DNA from: an uncultured bacterium
GTDB lineage: Bacteria; Patescibacteriota; Minisyncoccia; Moranbacterales; UBA2206
Assembly (NCBI GenBank): GCA_903831805.1
Contig: CAIKZD010000016.1
Location: 1 to 59,129 of the forward strand
DNA length: 59,129 bases
Direction: 5' to 3'
The stretch's first letter is position 1, and the number at the start of each line of letters is the position of its first letter. This document shows, in pieces, positions 55,647 through 59,129 of the stretch. The notes beneath the pieces were generated by a model, which made no database searches, was not told the DNA's origin, and worked only from the letters and a program-made list of their open reading frames with translations. The position numbers and the translations under genes were made by a program.

Positions 55647-55736
55647 TGGCGGAAGAGGAGGGATTTGAACCCCCGGTACCGTTTCCGGTACACCGCATTT
55701 CGAGTGCGGCCCATTCGACCACTCTGGCACTCTTCC
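55647..55736 (-). tRNA. tRNA-Ser (anticodon CGA), CCA encoded
   Basis: The reverse complement folds as a class II tRNA: acceptor GGAAGAG/CTCTTCC, anticodon arm CCGCA-CTCGAAA-TGCGG, long variable arm, T-loop TTCAAAT, 3' GCCA. Confidence 0.9.
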
Positions 55737-55906
55737 TTATGTACTCTAATAATCTACAAGAATATCGCAAACTTATCAAATCGGGTTGGGCATCTCGGAA
55801 AAAATAGTTGTTCATTTTGAAAAATTATTGTAAAATACAAGTAGTGTAAAGATAAATGGTCAAGGAATAAAATTAAAGATTTAATCCCCGGACTAACTTT
55901 TAAAAA

Positions 55907-56497
55907 ATGCCAGTTGAAAAAAAAATAAAATTAGAGCACATTACGTCACCATCGGCCTACGGCACTAAGTTTTTAGATCCGCAACAGGTCATTTCCCAGC
56001 TGGAAATTTTTCCGGGGATGAAGGTGGCGCACTTCGGTTCCGGCACCGGGTATTTTACTTTTCCGATTGCGGCGAAAGTTGGGGACACCGGCACGGTCTG
56101 GGCCTTGGATGTGTTGGAGCATAAAATTGATATGATCCGCAGTAGTGCTAAAACGCTTAGCTTGAGGAATGTGATCACCAAGAGAGTCGACCTGGAGAAA
56201 GCGAACGGTTCCGGCTTGGAAGAAAATAGTGTGGATTGGGTGGTTATGGTTAATATGCTCTATCAAAATGATAAACGGAGCCGGATTATCGGAGAAGCTA
56301 AACGAATTTTGAAAGAAGCCGGGCGGATTCTTTTGATCGATTGGAAAGCTTCGAACGGTTCTCTCGGTCCGGCCATGAGTAGCCGCATAACCAGGGAAGA
56401 GTTGCTCAAAAGTATCAGAAAAAATGACTTAGGCATTGCGCAGGAATTGGATATTAGTGAATTACATTTCGGACTGATCTTGATCAAAGGAAAATAA
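55907..56497 (+). CDS. Class I SAM-dependent methyltransferase
   Basis: 196 aa with the SAM-binding motif VAHFGSGTGYFT and the later acidic loop ALDV. Confidence 0.75.
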   Translation: MPVEKKIKLEHITSPSAYGTKFLDPQQVISQLEIFPGMKVAHFGSGTGYFTFPIAAKVGDTGTVWALDVLEHKIDMIRSSAKTLSLRNVITKRVDLEKANGSGLEENSVDWVVMVNMLYQNDKRSRIIGEAKRILKEAGRILLIDWKASNGSLGPAMSSRITREELLKSIRKNDLGIAQELDISELHFGLILIKGK

Positions 56498-56513
56498 TAA
56501 TTTTGCAACTAGC

Positions 56514-57929
56514 ATGAAACATAAAACAAAAATAATAGCAGCTTGCTTTTTTATCGCCGGACTGGTAACCGTGGCCGGTTGTGGTTGTCGACAAACTAAT
56601 CCGCATCAATACAATTTAAACTTGGAAATTTGGGGATCGCTAGATGAGAGTGATGCGCTCAATGAAATTTTTGATAATTATAAAAAGCTTAATCCGAATA
56701 TTGCTAATATCAAATATAAGAAAATTGCGACGAACACTTACGAAAAAGAATTGATAGACGCCTTGGCGAGTGGCCAAGGACCGGATATTTTTCTTATGAA
56801 TAATACTTGGCTGCCATCCTTTAAGGACAAAATAGTGGAAGCGCCGGTGGCGCAGGGCGTGCTCAATGAGCAGAAATTCCGCAGCAATTTTGTGGATGTG
56901 GCGGCCTCTGACTTCATCGACAGCGGAAAAATTTATGCTGTGCCCTTATCAGTCAACAGCCTCGGGCTCTATTATAATAAGGATCTTTTGAATGCAGCGG
57001 GAATCACTTCTCCGCCGACCGATTGGAATCAATTCATAGATGATGTCAGGAAACTGACCCGGATTAATAATACTGGAGATATTGTGACGAGTGGGGCGGC
57101 TATTGGAACGGCTTACAATATCAATCGTTCGACCGATGTCTTAAGTCTCATTATGCTGCAAAACGGAACGAGTATGATAGATGATCAAGGGCGAGTGAAA
57201 TTCAACAGCGCGACGACCTTGGACAACAAAACTGTTTTCCCCGGTGAGGATGCCCTTAATTTTTATACTCAATTTGCCACTGCCAGTTCGCCGAATTATA
57301 CTTGGAACCCTGCCGAGCACTATTCAGTCGATGCTTTTGCCGAAGGCAAGACTGCCATGATGTTCAATTATTCTTGGCACACAGCCACGGTGGCCAGTAA
57401 AGCGCCGAAATTGAATTTTGCCGTGGCCAGCGTGCCGCAATTTTCCAACACTCCCAAGGTGAACTTTGCCAATTATTGGGCATTTGGAGTGGCGAAAAAT
57501 AAAATGCCGAGTAGCGGACAATATGGCGGTTCTAGTGCTAGTGCGCCGACTATAAGCAATGTCACGCGCGTGGCCGAGGCTTGGCGTTTTCTGACTTATC
57601 TGACCACTAAGCCGGATGGAACTTTTGTTGCGACAACGTCCGGCACGGGGCTGGGGAAAACTTTCAGCGCCGATTTTGATCCGGCCAAGAACTATTTAGG
57701 GCATACCGGCGAACCGGCGGCGCGCCGAGACATTATCGAAACACAAAAAAGCGATCCGCAAATCGGTGTGTTCGCAGCTGATAACTTGATTGACAAGAGT
57801 TGGAAAGAATCGAACCCGGGCGCGATCGAATCAATTTTTGCGGAGATGATCGATCAAGTGAACAAAGGGCAAGCCTCTGTGGCAGACGCGCTAAAGACGG
57901 CGGCGAATAGAGTGGAAGAGCTTAAATGA
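56514..57929 (+). CDS. ABC-transporter extracellular solute-binding lipoprotein (sugar-binding type)
   Basis: 471 aa with a lipobox-like LVTVAGCG. The overall pattern is that of family-1 solute-binding proteins (GQGPDIFLMNNTWL, AMMFNYSW). No permease or ATPase genes are adjacent. Confidence 0.75.
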   Translation: MKHKTKIIAACFFIAGLVTVAGCGCRQTNPHQYNLNLEIWGSLDESDALNEIFDNYKKLNPNIANIKYKKIATNTYEKELIDALASGQGPDIFLMNNTWLPSFKDKIVEAPVAQGVLNEQKFRSNFVDVAASDFIDSGKIYAVPLSVNSLGLYYNKDLLNAAGITSPPTDWNQFIDDVRKLTRINNTGDIVTSGAAIGTAYNINRSTDVLSLIMLQNGTSMIDDQGRVKFNSATTLDNKTVFPGEDALNFYTQFATASSPNYTWNPAEHYSVDAFAEGKTAMMFNYSWHTATVASKAPKLNFAVASVPQFSNTPKVNFANYWAFGVAKNKMPSSGQYGGSSASAPTISNVTRVAEAWRFLTYLTTKPDGTFVATTSGTGLGKTFSADFDPAKNYLGHTGEPAARRDIIETQKSDPQIGVFAADNLIDKSWKESNPGAIESIFAEMIDQVNKGQASVADALKTAANRVEELK

Positions 57930-57962
57930 TAAAATAAATATTTTTAAAATAGTTTAACCAAA

Positions 57963-58595
57963 ATGAAAAAAACAAAACAAGCATTATTTTTATTTTCGAT
58001 AATTTTTTTAGGCGCGCTCATCGGCGGACCGCTTCCGGGATGTGCTGCGGCATCCGGAGCAGTGGATTTTCCCAATCCACTGGGGTCGGTGACAACGGTT
58101 TCGGCTCTTTTGAGTTCTATTATGACTAACTTAATGGGAGTAATGGCCATTATTTCTCTCATTTTCATTATCCTGGGCGGCATTATGTATATGCTCAGCG
58201 CCGGCAATGAAACAATGGTGACGCGAGCCAAGAAAACTTGGACCGGAGCGGTCATCGGACTAGCCATCGCTATGGCAGCCCCGACATTTCTCAAAGAGAT
58301 CCAGCACATCTTGGGCGGCAATGGGACTCCGGGCACCAATGCTGACAATTGGGTGAGCGACGCCCTAACCATTCAAGACATTGCTGTCAACATTTTGAAT
58401 TTGCTGTTGTCAATTGTGGGAATTATTGCTATGATTGCAATGGTTGTCGGTGGTCTCATGTATCTCACGTCAGCCGGTGATCCAAAAAGAACTGACAAGG
58501 GAAAAGATATTTTCAAATATGCCATTATCGGGATTGTAGTAGCGCTCTCCGCGTTGGTAGTCATCCGCGAGGTCAACGTTCTCCTGGGAGGATAA
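57963..58595 (+). CDS. Tandem double T4SS pilin-like (VirB2/TrbC-type) protein
   Basis: 210 aa with a signal peptide and two pilin modules: ...GGIMYMLSAGNETMVTRAKK...HILGG and ...GGLMYLTSAGDPKRTDKGKD...NVLLGG-stop. Confidence 0.75.
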   Translation: MKKTKQALFLFSIIFLGALIGGPLPGCAAASGAVDFPNPLGSVTTVSALLSSIMTNLMGVMAIISLIFIILGGIMYMLSAGNETMVTRAKKTWTGAVIGLAIAMAAPTFLKEIQHILGGNGTPGTNADNWVSDALTIQDIAVNILNLLLSIVGIIAMIAMVVGGLMYLTSAGDPKRTDKGKDIFKYAIIGIVVALSALVVIREVNVLLGG

Positions 58596-58652
58596 AAATA
58601 AAAACAAGATAATCAAAAAGATAAAAATACAAAAATAGATGGGAGGTGTGAT

Positions 58653-59012
58653 ATGAGAAATAAAATTAAATCAATCGGTTATGGCTTGGTTTCCACGGCC
58701 ATATTGGCGGTCCCGGCTTTGGCTGGCGCTCAATTTGTTGCTCCAAACTCAACGAACTTGCCTACTAATAGCGTATTCACGATTATTACCAACATCATGA
58801 ATTGGATGTTAGCGCTGGTGGGCATCATCGGTGTAATCGGGTTTGCTTTGGCGGGACTGCTTTATCTGACAGCGGCCGGAGACGAAACTAGAATCACGAA
58901 AGCCAAGGGAGCGATGATCGCTTCCATTATTGGTGTGATTGTGGCTTTGGCCGGTTTGGTAGCGCTAAACTTTGCGAAGGGTTTGCTTGGCGGCGCTAAT
59001 ACTAATTTCTAG
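58653..59012 (+). CDS. T4SS pilin-like (VirB2/TrbC-type) protein
   Basis: 119 aa with a signal peptide (AILAVPALAGA) and two hydrophobic spans flanking AGLLYLTAAGDETRITKAKG. The C-terminus is GLLGGANTNF. Confidence 0.75.
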   Translation: MRNKIKSIGYGLVSTAILAVPALAGAQFVAPNSTNLPTNSVFTIITNIMNWMLALVGIIGVIGFALAGLLYLTAAGDETRITKAKGAMIASIIGVIVALAGLVALNFAKGLLGGANTNF

Positions 59013-59050
59013 TTTTGAAAAGAATTTTCTTTTGAAATTTCAAAAACAAA

Positions 59051-59086
59051 AAGCGGTCGGGGAAATCCCGCCGCTTTTTGATTTTT
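59051..59086 (+). terminator. Rho-independent terminator after the pilin pair
   Basis: Stem AAGCGG(t)CGGG / CCCGCCGCTT with loop GAAAT, followed by TTTTGATTTTT. Confidence 0.6.
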
Positions 59087-59129
59087 ATTGAAAAAGTAGT
59101 ATAATATAATTATAAAAATAAAAATATAA

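Overview
This is a gene-dense (~42% GC) bacterial chromosomal segment read in the standard genetic code. It has no rRNA, CRISPR array, integrase or transposase. The gene content and intergenic repeat style look like a small-genome Patescibacteria/CPR-type organism, but that placement is inference. Housekeeping genes include pnp, yraN, lspA, comM, rsmA, rpmH-rnpA-yidC-khpB, cca, fhs-folD, rluD-like, rplS, a family-4 UDG, nfo, nrnA-like, rbfA, infB and groES-groEL with a CIRCE operator. There are nine tRNA genes, four of them Leu isoacceptors. The main accessory feature is a ~17-kb block of 15 co-directional genes (11543..28754). It encodes a VirB4-like ATPase, a PrgI/VirB3-like protein, a VirB6/TrbL-like membrane protein, VirB2/TrbC-like pilin-domain proteins, an SLT-like hydrolase fusion and many unassignable secreted proteins. 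It lacks a coupling protein, relaxase and VirB11, so it looks like a T4SS-derived surface apparatus rather than a conjugation system. A convergent cluster (28771..33612) encodes two Wzy_C/O-antigen-ligase-like proteins, a GT2 and a flippase. A second pilin locus (57963..59012) lies at the window end. The intergenic DNA holds several families of long hairpin-forming repeats, some with compensatory stem changes. There is also a ~960-bp ORF-poor region behind a consensus promoter.
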